Assembly (NCBI GenBank): GCA_030739735.1
Contig: JASLYQ010000010.1
Coordinates: 16,712 to 80,711 of the forward strand
Direction: 5' to 3'
Source: Alphaproteobacteria bacterium
Lineage (GTDB): Bacteria > Pseudomonadota > Alphaproteobacteria > UBA7887
Length of the DNA: 64,000 bases
In this document: one piece after another, positions 42,470-50,871 of the stretch
Layout of the letters: every line of letters begins with the position of its first letter
Position numbering within the stretch: position 1 is the first letter of the stretch
Made by a program: the position numbers and the translations under genes
The notes under the pieces: model-generated
Told to the model about the DNA's origin: nothing
The model's input: the letters and a program-made list of their open reading frames with translations, nothing else
The model's database searches: none

Positions 42470-42612
42470 ACGCTGTAGCCTAGTCCTGACGGCGCCATTG
42501 GGCAAAGGCTTGGCGCGTCACAAAAGCGCAACAAAACCGATACAGAAACCGTAACGCCGGACCGCTACGACCTGCCGTAAGCGACAAGTCGAAGCGTGGA
42601 AGGAGCTTTTGC

Positions 42613-44127
42613 ATGTCAATCAGGCGCGGGACGCGCTTTATAGGCACTACCATCATGGTATTGCTCTTGGCCGCAACGCAAGTGCAGGCGCAGGCGACGG
42701 ACAGCGATATCGAGACGCGCATTTTTGAGCTTGAGCAACAGCTCATCCTGCTGAAACGGCAGCTCGAGACGCAGGTCAAGCAGGCCCAGCAAGCCGCCGA
42801 TAAAGCCGCAGCGAGTGCGGATGCGGGCGGCGTGACCGTCAAGATGAAAGGCCCGACGCCAGAGTTTCAGACGGCCGACGGCGCCAGCACCATGAAAATT
42901 ACAGGCCGCATCCATTACGACACCGCGCTCTACAACCAGGACGGTGTGGGCTCAGGAGAGCAGGACGTGCGCATCGATCCGGATGCCAGCAGCGGCACCA
43001 ACTTCCGCCGTGCCCGCATCGGCGTGACCGGCAAGATCGAGAACGACTGGCAATACCTATTGATGCTCGATTCTGGCGGCGCGCCGGACAACAATGCCTT
43101 TCTTTACGAGGGTTTGATCAGCTATGTCGGCCTCCGGCCGCTGGCGATCAATCTCGGTCGCCACAAGGCGGCGACCGGATTCAACGAGCGCATCAGCTCT
43201 AACGACATCAGCTTCATCGAACGCTCTCTCGGTCACACTGTAGCGAGTGGCCCCTTCACGCGGCCGGCCAATGGCCTCTCGGTGAATGCCCACGGCGAGC
43301 AATGGTACGTCGATACGGGCATCTGGTACGGCGCCATCAACGACGATGCCGGCGACGATTTCCTATTTTGCAACGGTCGCACCGCCTTCGCGCCGATCAA
43401 CGACAAGCGAATAATGTTACACTTCGGTACCCATGCCTCGTGGATGATCGAGCCCCAGCAGGTCGCAGCCGGCACCACCGTGACTTGGCGCGACAACCCC
43501 GAGTTGCGCGTCGACGGCACGCGCTGGGTCAGCGCCACCAGCAACACCAGCCCGGCCAACGGCATCCGCAACGACGATGCCTGGTCCTACGGCCTCGAAG
43601 CGGCGGCAAAGTACGAAAGCGTATGGCTCAACGGCGAGATTAACTGGTTCGGTATGGACCAGATCTCTGATCCGGCCGAGCACTTCGCCGACAACCTACC
43701 GGACCTAGAATATATGGGCTACTACATCCAGGGTGGCTGGATCATCACCGGCGAGAGCAAGGGCTACAACATGTCCAAGGCGGCCTGGTCAGGCGTCAGG
43801 CCGGCCGAGCCATTCAATCTCGGCAGCGGCGGCCCGGGCGCCTGGGAGCTGGCCTTTCGCTACAGCTATGTCGACCTCGACGATGAGGTCAATACTTTCC
43901 TCAACGACAGCAACGGCACCAGTTGGCTGGTTGGCACCCGTGGCGGCAGGGAAACCAATTTCACCCTGGGCGTAAACTGGTACATCAACACGTACATTCG
44001 CTTCATGTTCAACTATATCCACGCCGACGTAGATCGCACCACAGCAGGCGACCAGCCGGGGGCAGGCGGCCTCGCCACCGGCGACAGCTTCGACATGCTC
44101 GGCCTGCGTGCGCAGGTAAAATGGTAG
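42613..44127 (+). CDS. OprO/OprP-family (phosphate-selective porin O/P) outer-membrane porin
   Basis: A signal peptide (…VLLLAATQVQAQA), an N-terminal coiled-coil segment (IETRIFELEQQLILLKRQLETQVKQAQQ), then a beta-rich region ending in a C-terminal aromatic residue (…LRAQVKW). Confidence 0.55.
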   Translation: MSIRRGTRFIGTTIMVLLLAATQVQAQATDSDIETRIFELEQQLILLKRQLETQVKQAQQAADKAAASADAGGVTVKMKGPTPEFQTADGASTMKITGRIHYDTALYNQDGVGSGEQDVRIDPDASSGTNFRRARIGVTGKIENDWQYLLMLDSGGAPDNNAFLYEGLISYVGLRPLAINLGRHKAATGFNERISSNDISFIERSLGHTVASGPFTRPANGLSVNAHGEQWYVDTGIWYGAINDDAGDDFLFCNGRTAFAPINDKRIMLHFGTHASWMIEPQQVAAGTTVTWRDNPELRVDGTRWVSATSNTSPANGIRNDDAWSYGLEAAAKYESVWLNGEINWFGMDQISDPAEHFADNLPDLEYMGYYIQGGWIITGESKGYNMSKAAWSGVRPAEPFNLGSGGPGAWELAFRYSYVDLDDEVNTFLNDSNGTSWLVGTRGGRETNFTLGVNWYINTYIRFMFNYIHADVDRTTAGDQPGAGGLATGDSFDMLGLRAQVKW

Positions 44128-44560
44128 ACTAACGAATAAACGTGATAAGGATGAACGACACCATCGACGAGCCGACCCCTCCTTTGCCGGTAATTTTCGT
44201 CTCCAACCTCCACATGGGTTGACGAACTCTAGGGACCGGTGGCCACACCGTTAGTCTTTTCATTTATGTCGATAAAACGATTTCAAAATTTCTGAAATCA
44301 GGCGCTTTCATCTCCTCACGAAAGCGCTCGAAGATCCAGGGCCACGTAACGGGGTTGCCGTTCTGGTCGAGGTATCAGCCCTAGCAGCTAGAGACCCAGA
44401 CGGTGGTCTTCATGGCCTCGCGGATGGCGGAGTTAAAGCGATCGGTGGCCTCACGCTTCGGTGCGATAGCTCATGGGGCGATCCTGGCGCCGAACCGGAG
44501 GAGCGTCAACCTTGGCTTTTGTGGCCATTGGGCGTAACAGTCAAAGGGATGGAGGTGAGC

Positions 44561-45862
44561 ATGGCACGCAGAGAACGCGGACTATTCGAGCTTTACGAAG
44601 ATCCGGAACGGGCCGATGGCGTGATCTTCTCGCGGCGCTCAAAAAGCGACCGCCGCGGCTTCCTCAAAGGTGTCGGCCTCGGTGCTCTGGCGGCAGCTCT
44701 GGGCGCCGGTATTCCCTATGCGCGCTTCATGCCGAGCGGCCTGATCCCGGCGGCGCTGGCCGACGAGAGCAGCTGGGTGACCTTGCTCGCGACAGACGGC
44801 CTAACCGTGCTCAACGACCGGCCGATTAACGCCGAAACGCCGGCCCATCTGCTTGACGACGATATCACGCCCAATCACCGCCATTTCGTGCGCAACAACG
44901 GCATCATGCCCGAAGTCGAGCGTGGCCGCAGCTGGCATTTCACGATCGAAGGCGCGGTCAGCAATCCCATGACCTTCGGCCTCAACAATCTCTCGCGCCA
45001 GTTCGAGGTAGTGCAGAAGGCGCTGCAACTCGAATGCGGCGGCAATGGCCGCGGCGGCTTCAATCCGCCGGCGCGTGGCAACCAATGGACCACCGGCGCG
45101 ATCGGCAATGCGATGTATACTGGTGTGCGTCTTGCCGACGTTTTGAAAGCTGCCGGCGTCAAGGCCGAGTCGGTCTATACCGCGCATTATTCGGCCGATA
45201 CCCATCTTTCTGGCGATTCCGAAAAGTTGCCAATCTCGCGCGGCATGCCGGTCAGTAAGGCCATGCAACCCAATACGCTGCTGGCGTTCGCCATGAATGG
45301 TGAGCCCCTACCCCTGCTACACGGCGGGCCGCTGCGGATCGTCGCGCCGGGCTGGCCGGGCTCGGTTTCGCAGAAATGGCTCAAACGGCTAATAGTGCGC
45401 GACCAGGTGCATGATGGGCCGAAAATGACCGGCAAGTCATACCGTGTGCCGGCGAATCCCGTGGCGCCTGGTACGGATGTCGCCAACGAGGACATGCGCA
45501 TCATCGAATCCATGCCCGTGAAATCGCTGATCACGCGGCCGCAGACGGGGCTGGAGACCGCGCTGGGCACGCCACTCGCCGTGCGCGGCCACGCCTGGGC
45601 CGGCGACCGTGACGTAAGCGCTGTCAATGTAAGCATCGATTTCGGCGCCTCTTGGCAGCACGCCGAGCTCTCCGCGCCGCCGAACGCGGGCTCGTGGCAG
45701 ACCTGGAACACCGAAGTCAGCTTCCCGCAGACCGGCTATTACGAGATCTGGGCGCGGGCGACAGACGACGCCGGACTGATGCAGCCGATGGTCGTTCCCG
45801 GCTGGAACCCGCGCGGCTACCTCAACAACAGTTGCCACCGCATCGCTATCACCGTCGCCTGA
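44561..45862 (+). CDS. sorA: Sulfite dehydrogenase molybdopterin subunit SorA-like (sulfite-oxidase family), Tat-secreted
   Basis: A Tat motif RRGFLKGVGLGALAAALGAG, a sulfite-oxidase Moco domain and a C-terminal dimerisation domain. An SD sequence GGAGGTG lies 8 nt upstream of ATG 44561. The reading frame is open further upstream but without coding signal. Confidence 0.75.
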   Translation: MARRERGLFELYEDPERADGVIFSRRSKSDRRGFLKGVGLGALAAALGAGIPYARFMPSGLIPAALADESSWVTLLATDGLTVLNDRPINAETPAHLLDDDITPNHRHFVRNNGIMPEVERGRSWHFTIEGAVSNPMTFGLNNLSRQFEVVQKALQLECGGNGRGGFNPPARGNQWTTGAIGNAMYTGVRLADVLKAAGVKAESVYTAHYSADTHLSGDSEKLPISRGMPVSKAMQPNTLLAFAMNGEPLPLLHGGPLRIVAPGWPGSVSQKWLKRLIVRDQVHDGPKMTGKSYRVPANPVAPGTDVANEDMRIIESMPVKSLITRPQTGLETALGTPLAVRGHAWAGDRDVSAVNVSIDFGASWQHAELSAPPNAGSWQTWNTEVSFPQTGYYEIWARATDDAGLMQPMVVPGWNPRGYLNNSCHRIAITVA

Positions 45863-46134
45863 TGCAGGGCATTGAGCTGGCCCTGCTGCTGGGACTTGCC
45901 GCCCTGCCCGCCCGCGCCAACGAACCGGTGCCAGGTGAGGAGACGGTCGAAACCCTGTGCATCGCCTGCCATTCAATCGCCATTGTGGCGCAGCAGCGCC
46001 TCTCGCGCCGGGTCTGGGACGAAGTGCTGGTCTGGATGGTCGAGGAACAGGGCATGCCAGCGCTGGACAGAGACCAGCTGTCCGTGGTGCTCGACTATTT
46101 GGCCAAGCACTACGGCCCGGAGGTGCCGCGCTAG
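45862..46134 (+). CDS. sorB: Monohaem cytochrome c, SorB-like electron-acceptor subunit
   Basis: A signal peptide MQGIELALLLGLAALPARA and a single CIACH haem-binding motif. The ATG overlaps the sorA stop (TGATG). Confidence 0.7.
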   Translation: MQGIELALLLGLAALPARANEPVPGEETVETLCIACHSIAIVAQQRLSRRVWDEVLVWMVEEQGMPALDRDQLSVVLDYLAKHYGPEVPR

Positions 46135-46250
46135 AATTTTGTTTGGTCTGGTTTGTCGGCTTCGGTGGCCTTGTGACAACCGCCCTTAAAGCGCGTACCC
46201 ACCTTCGGACCAACCTCGCCCTCGAGCAAAGGCATGTAGCTCAGCAAGCG

Positions 46251-46409
46251 TCATGCCGAGACGCATGCCACGAAGGTCGGCGCATCGCGTTCGTTCCGTT
46301 TCTTTTGCGCCTGACCCTCAATCTTCTCGCGCCGCTCCTGTTCAAAACGCTCGTAGTGCCCAGCGACCTCGGTTTCCAAATCGTGCACGCCGGCGCGGTA
46401 ATATGGCAT
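46251..46409 (-). CDS. Possible small protein (52 aa), uncharacterised
   Basis: Manual translation gives MPYYRAGVHDLETEVAGHYERFEQERREKIEGQAQKKRNERDAPTFVACVSA. It is below the ORF-track cut-off and has no other support. Confidence 0.25.
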   Translation of the reverse strand: MPYYRAGVHDLETEVAGHYERFEQERREKIEGQAQKKRNERDAPTFVACVSA

Positions 46410-46501
46410 CCCTCAAGAGCTGACCCGCGATTATGAAAAAGCTGGCGGCCCAGGCAAGGCTCGATCAGACTGCCGGCGCAAGCGAAAGCGGAGGATCGCT
46501 C

Positions 46502-47116
46502 ATGGCCCTGGCCGTCATCAGTGCCGGCTTCGGCCGCACCGGCACCAACTCGATGAAGACCGCCCTGGAACTGCTTGGCTTCGGCCCCTGCCACCACATG
46601 AAGGAGGTGCGGCCGAGCGAGTCGCAAACGCGCATTTGGCGCGCCATCGCGGCAGGCGACACGCCGGACTGGGATGCTGCCTTTACCGGCTTCAAGGCTA
46701 GCGTCGATTGGCCGAGCGCCTTCTATTGGCGCCAGATCAGCGCCCATTGGCCAAAGGCCAAGATCCTGCTCACCGTGCGCGATTCCGAGAGCTGGTACCG
46801 CAGCATGGAGAACACCATCCTGCAACTAATCAAGCGCAGCACGGACCCCGAGTCGCTCGGCGTGTCGCTGATAGGCAAGCAAGTCTTCGGCGGCGACATC
46901 GAGAACCGCGACACGATCATCGCCGCCTATGAGCGCAATACGGCCGAGGTGCAGGCGGCCTTCGGTCCAGACCACCTGCTCACCTACCATATCGGCGATG
47001 GCTGGGAGCCTTTGTGCGAGTTTCTCGGCGTGCCGGTGCCGGATCAGGACTTTCCGAGAACTAACTCGACCGCCGAATTCCAGCAAATGACAGCCAACAT
47101 AACTAACACAGCCTGA
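46502..47116 (+). CDS. Sulfotransferase family protein (PAPS-dependent-like)
   Basis: MALAVISAGFGRTGTNS is a 5'-phosphosulfate-binding P-loop-like motif. …ILLTVRDSESWYRSM resembles the 3'-phosphate-binding motif. About 205 aa. Confidence 0.6.
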   Translation: MALAVISAGFGRTGTNSMKTALELLGFGPCHHMKEVRPSESQTRIWRAIAAGDTPDWDAAFTGFKASVDWPSAFYWRQISAHWPKAKILLTVRDSESWYRSMENTILQLIKRSTDPESLGVSLIGKQVFGGDIENRDTIIAAYERNTAEVQAAFGPDHLLTYHIGDGWEPLCEFLGVPVPDQDFPRTNSTAEFQQMTANITNTA

Positions 47117-47126
47117 GGATTGAGCC

Positions 47127-47585
47127 ATGAGCGGGATCGCGTCGCGTCACCTTTTCGACATAGAGATTGGCATCCAAGCGCCGCAGTCGCTCGGTGCCAC
47201 CCCGTTCGGCGAGCGCCGTATCGTCTACCTTACCGGCGGCAACTTTACAGGCGACCGGCTCAAAGGGCGCATACTGCCGGGTGGCGGCGACTGGCTGCTT
47301 GGCCGCGCCGACGGCACTATGCAGCTCGACGTGCGCCTGACCCTGGAGACCGACGACAAGGCCTTAATTTTCATGACCTACCACGGCATCCGCCACGGCC
47401 CGGAAGAGGTCACCGCGCGGCTCAATGCCGGTGAGCCTGTCGACCCGTCGGAGTACTATTTTCGCACCACACCTTATTTCGAGACCGCCGCCGAGCGCTA
47501 TGCCTGGCTCAACACTATCTGCACTGTCGGAATCGGCGACCGCACGCCGGAAGGCCCCCGCTACGCGGTCTACGAGGTGCTTTAG
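47127..47585 (+). CDS. DUF3237 (UPF0311) family protein
   Basis: 152 aa with a beta-rich pattern (…FGERRIVYLTGGNFTGDRLKGRILPGGGDWLL…) typical of DUF3237. Confidence 0.5.
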   Translation: MSGIASRHLFDIEIGIQAPQSLGATPFGERRIVYLTGGNFTGDRLKGRILPGGGDWLLGRADGTMQLDVRLTLETDDKALIFMTYHGIRHGPEEVTARLNAGEPVDPSEYYFRTTPYFETAAERYAWLNTICTVGIGDRTPEGPRYAVYEVL

Positions 47586-47701
47586 GCACTCTTGGGCAAG
47601 AGCTGGCTCAGCTCAGCCAGCCGACTGTCTTCGAGAGCAGTGGCGCGGATCGGCACCATGGCGCGATAACCGGAAGCGGTGAGCATAGCAGTACATCAAA
47701 A

Positions 47702-47719
47702 CTGGTCAAGTATTAACAA
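47702..47719 (+). promoter_or_regulatory. Putative operator half-palindrome cTGGTCAAGTATTAACAa in the AT-rich region upstream of the sensor kinase
   Basis: It shares TGGT…TATTAAC with the motif at 50705-50720. The surrounding region is about 45% GC against a genome average of about 63%. Confidence 0.35.
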
Positions 47720-47870
47720 TAATAAATGCAGTTAAATCAATGTAATAATATATCATTATAATGCAAAATTCGAATAAGTTAACCGATGTTTGACGAAAAT
47801 TATCCAGCCCCTCGCAGGCAATTTGTTGCGAGACGAGAAATATTCAGTCAGCACGCAGCTTGACAGATTT

Positions 47871-47885
47871 GGCTGATATGAACCA
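47871..47885 (+). promoter_or_regulatory. Putative operator GGCTGATATGAACCA, 37 bp upstream of the histidine-kinase start
   Basis: 13 of 15 identical to GGTTGATATTAACCA at 50706-50720. Confidence 0.4.
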
Positions 47886-47921
47886 GTTTGTAGGCCATTG
47901 CACATTTACGGATGAAAAACA

Positions 47922-49376
47922 GTGGCTGCCCTCCGCTCCCTACATAGCCTACAGCTGATCCACGGCCTGGCGCTGGTGCTGCTTGTCGGCATCACCGGCA
48001 TCGCCGGCACGGTCGGGCTGGTGCTAAGCGAGCGCTGGTCGGCGGAAGCCCTGCGCATCGACAGCCTGTTGCGGCTGGCGGAAGAAGCACGCGGCGACCT
48101 CTATCGTCAGACCAAGGAGCTTTTCGACTATCATTTTCTCAACGATCCGGATGCCGCTGAGGAATACCGTGTTTACGGCGAGGCGCTGGCGGCCAAGCTG
48201 GCAGAACTCGATCGCCTGGCCAACAAGCCCGAAGAGAAAGCCGTCATTACAGGGCTGATAACCGCCCAGGAAGCCGCGCGCATCGATGCCGATGCGATCA
48301 TGGCGCGCGAGAGCGGTGGGTTCGACGATGCGGAGAAGCTTGCTCTTCTTGATACCGAACTCGAGGTTGGCAGCCTTGCGGCGGTAGAGGCTGCATTAGA
48401 CCGGGCAGCAAGAGAGTTTTTGCAGGCCCGCGGCGACCTGCAACAGCGGGTCTCACGTCTATCTACCATCGGTTTCGGGGTACTGCTCCTGGTGCTGATT
48501 GCCGCCGCCGGCCTTCTCCTTTATGCGCGCGGCATCATGCAACGAGCCTTCATCGCGCCGTTGTCCGAGTTGCTGCAAGCGCTAGCAGCCTTTGGCGCCG
48601 GGCGCCTGGATAGCCCGGTTGAAGAGCGCGGCGCAGCCGAGATGGTAACGCTGCAACGCGCTATCAATGCCATGACAGACGAAGTGGCGCAAAGCCGCAT
48701 GGCGTTAGTGCGCAGCGAGAAGCAAGCGGCGTTAGGCGCGCTGGTGCCGGTGGTCGCGCACAACATCCGCAATCCGCTTGCCAGCATCCGGGCCACGGCC
48801 CAGGTGCTGCCCGACGCGTCCGACGAGGCGGCTAAGAGCAAGGCGACAAAGGATATCCTCAGCGCCGTCGACCGGCTGAATGCCTGGCTGACCTCGCTGC
48901 TCTCCTATCTCGACCCCGGCGGCGCCCACCGCAAGGCCGGAAGGTTGGCCACTTGCGCCGACACAGCAATCTCTCTGCTTGCGGCCAAGCTCACCGAAAA
49001 AGAGGTCACGGTGACTCGCCAGGCCTGGGACGACGGTGGCAAGGTCTCACTCGACGCCAATCTGATGGAACAAGCAATCTACGGCTTGCTGGTCAATGCG
49101 GCGGAAGCCTCACCTCAAGGCGGACGGCTGAAGTTGACGGCTGGAAGTGACGAGACCATGAGCTGGCTCTCGATTAGCGATCAAGGCAGCGGGTTGCCCT
49201 TCTCCCCCAGCGCCGACGGCGTCATTCCTGGCCCCACCACCAAGGCCTGGGGCAGCGGCCTCGGCATCCCGTTCGCCTACAAGATCTGCGAGTTGCATGA
49301 CGGAACTTTGCAGTTCGACGACGTGGATGGCGGTGGCACGCGCGCCACCATCTCTCTGCCGGCGGTGGCGGCATGA
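47922..49376 (+). CDS. Sensor histidine kinase (two TM helices, periplasmic helical sensor, HAMP, HisKA, HATPase_c)
   Basis: TM1 about aa 15-38, TM2 about aa 186-208. H-box VVAHNIRNPLASI. G1/G2 boxes …DQGSGLPF…GSGLGIP. Its stop overlaps the start of the response regulator. Confidence 0.85.
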   Translation: MAALRSLHSLQLIHGLALVLLVGITGIAGTVGLVLSERWSAEALRIDSLLRLAEEARGDLYRQTKELFDYHFLNDPDAAEEYRVYGEALAAKLAELDRLANKPEEKAVITGLITAQEAARIDADAIMARESGGFDDAEKLALLDTELEVGSLAAVEAALDRAAREFLQARGDLQQRVSRLSTIGFGVLLLVLIAAAGLLLYARGIMQRAFIAPLSELLQALAAFGAGRLDSPVEERGAAEMVTLQRAINAMTDEVAQSRMALVRSEKQAALGALVPVVAHNIRNPLASIRATAQVLPDASDEAAKSKATKDILSAVDRLNAWLTSLLSYLDPGGAHRKAGRLATCADTAISLLAAKLTEKEVTVTRQAWDDGGKVSLDANLMEQAIYGLLVNAAEASPQGGRLKLTAGSDETMSWLSISDQGSGLPFSPSADGVIPGPTTKAWGSGLGIPFAYKICELHDGTLQFDDVDGGGTRATISLPAVAA

Positions 49377-50683
49377 GCGGCGCCACGATCCTCGTCGTCG
49401 ATGACGAGACCCCGTTTGCCGAGGCGGTGGCGATGCGGCTCGCACGCGACGGCCACGGAGCGAGTGTAGCCGGCACGCTCGGAGAGGCGCGCGCGCATCT
49501 TGCCAAGGCCGAGACAGATCTCGTTTTGCTCGACATGCGCCTGCCAGACGGCACCGGCCTCGATTTGCTGAGCGAGATCGCCGGCGTCTCGGTGGTCGCG
49601 GTAACAGCCTTCGGTGATCTTGATAACGCCGTCGAGGCCATGAAGCGCGGCGCCGTCGACTATTTGCGCAAGCCCCTCGACCTCGACGAGTTGGCGCTGG
49701 TTGTCGAGCGGGTGCTGGAATCGCACAACCTTCGCCGCCGCCTCGGCTACTCAGTTGAGCGCGAAGCCCATGCAGGCAGCGCCACGGCGCTGCTCGGCGA
49801 CAGCCCGGCAATGTGCGTAGCACGTCAGGAGATCGAAACCATCGCCGCGGTCCACACAGACGGCGACGCCCCTAACCTGATGCTGCTCGGCGAGACGGGC
49901 ACAGGCAAGTCCGTTGCGGCGCGGCTGGTGCATGAGCTGGGGCCCCGTGCGGGCCGCCCCTTCGTGCGTATCGACTGCATCGGCCTGCAACACCTCGATG
50001 CCGACCGTGAGCTATTCGGTGACAACGGAACGCCGGGCCTGCTGGAAGCGGCCGAGGATGGCAGTCTCTTTCTCGACGAGGTCTGCGAGCTGTCGCCAGA
50101 CCTTCAGGCCAAGCTGCTGACGGTGTTAGAGAACCGTGCCCTGCGCCACGCGGATGGCCGGCGCGAGATGCCCTTGCGGGCGCGCATCATCGCCGCCAGC
50201 AACCGCGACATCGCTGCCGAGGCCAGCGGCGGGCGCTTCCGCGCCGACCTCTATTATCGCCTCGATGTGCTGCATATCCAACTACCGGCCTTGCGGGATT
50301 GCCCCGGCGACGCGGTGCTTCTAGCCAGGCATTTCGTTGGTGAGACCGCACAGCGCTACGGCCGCGAGACGCCGCGACTGTCGAAAGCCGCGGCAGCGGC
50401 CTTAGGACGCTACGACTGGCCCGGCAATGTGCGCGAGCTTGCCCATGTCATCGAGCGCGCTGTGCTGCTCGACCGCAGCGGTGCCTTAGAGCCCTCCGCC
50501 CTGCCACTCACTCAAGCTGTGGCAAAGGCACGGCCTGAGTCCGTCAGTTCGCTGGCCGATACCGAACGCAGCGCCCTCGAACAGGCGCTTGCGGAAGCCG
50601 GCGGCAACGTCTCCGCCGCGGCACGGACGCTCGGCATCACCCGCATGACCATGCGCTACCGTAAGCGCAAGCATGGTTTATGA
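49373..50683 (+). CDS. NtrC-family response regulator (REC, AAA+ sigma-54-interaction-type domain, Fis-type HTH) with a degenerate GAFTGA motif
   Basis: REC domain ILVVDDETPF…DLVLLDMRLPDG. Walker A GETGTGKS. Instead of ESELFGHEKGAFTGA the sequence reads RELFGDNGTPGLLEAAEDGSLFLDE, so GAFTGA is absent. C-terminal HTH NVSAAARTLGITRMTMRYR. Confidence 0.85.
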   Translation: MSGATILVVDDETPFAEAVAMRLARDGHGASVAGTLGEARAHLAKAETDLVLLDMRLPDGTGLDLLSEIAGVSVVAVTAFGDLDNAVEAMKRGAVDYLRKPLDLDELALVVERVLESHNLRRRLGYSVEREAHAGSATALLGDSPAMCVARQEIETIAAVHTDGDAPNLMLLGETGTGKSVAARLVHELGPRAGRPFVRIDCIGLQHLDADRELFGDNGTPGLLEAAEDGSLFLDEVCELSPDLQAKLLTVLENRALRHADGRREMPLRARIIAASNRDIAAEASGGRFRADLYYRLDVLHIQLPALRDCPGDAVLLARHFVGETAQRYGRETPRLSKAAAAALGRYDWPGNVRELAHVIERAVLLDRSGALEPSALPLTQAVAKARPESVSSLADTERSALEQALAEAGGNVSAAARTLGITRMTMRYRKRKHGL

Positions 50684-50704
50684 TATCCGAAACGGGACGG
50701 AATT

Positions 50705-50720
50705 GGTTGATATTAACCAT
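50705..50720 (+). promoter_or_regulatory. Near-perfect 16-bp palindrome TGGTTGATATTAACCA (putative operator/UAS site 1)
   Basis: TGGTTGAT/ATTAACCA arms. Located in the AT-rich spacer between the regulator gene and the TonB-dependent receptor gene. Confidence 0.45.
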
Positions 50721-50732
50721 ATTCGAGTTTAA

Positions 50733-50752
50733 ATTGGTTCATTTAAACCAAT
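50733..50752 (+). promoter_or_regulatory. Perfect inverted repeat ATTGGTT-N6-AACCAAT (putative operator/UAS site 2)
   Basis: Its centre lies exactly 30 bp (three helical turns) from the centre of site 1, and the two sites share the TGGTT…AACCA half-sites. About 120 bp upstream of the receptor gene ATG. Confidence 0.45.
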
Positions 50753-50871
50753 AAATATCTTTTAAAACAATAGCTTGTGTAAAATTTCTAACGTTACTGT
50801 TTGACGCCTATGCCGGACGCCTTTACACCCTTCCCTCAAAGAAGACGATCTATCCTCGGGAGGGATATTCT

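Noticed and set aside
50760-50871. Search for a sigma-54 -24/-12 promoter (TGGCAC-N5-TTGCW) upstream of the TonB-dependent receptor gene
   Set aside because: No GG-N10-GC arrangement was found. Together with the missing GAFTGA in the regulator, this argues against classic sigma-54 control, so no promoter feature is reported.
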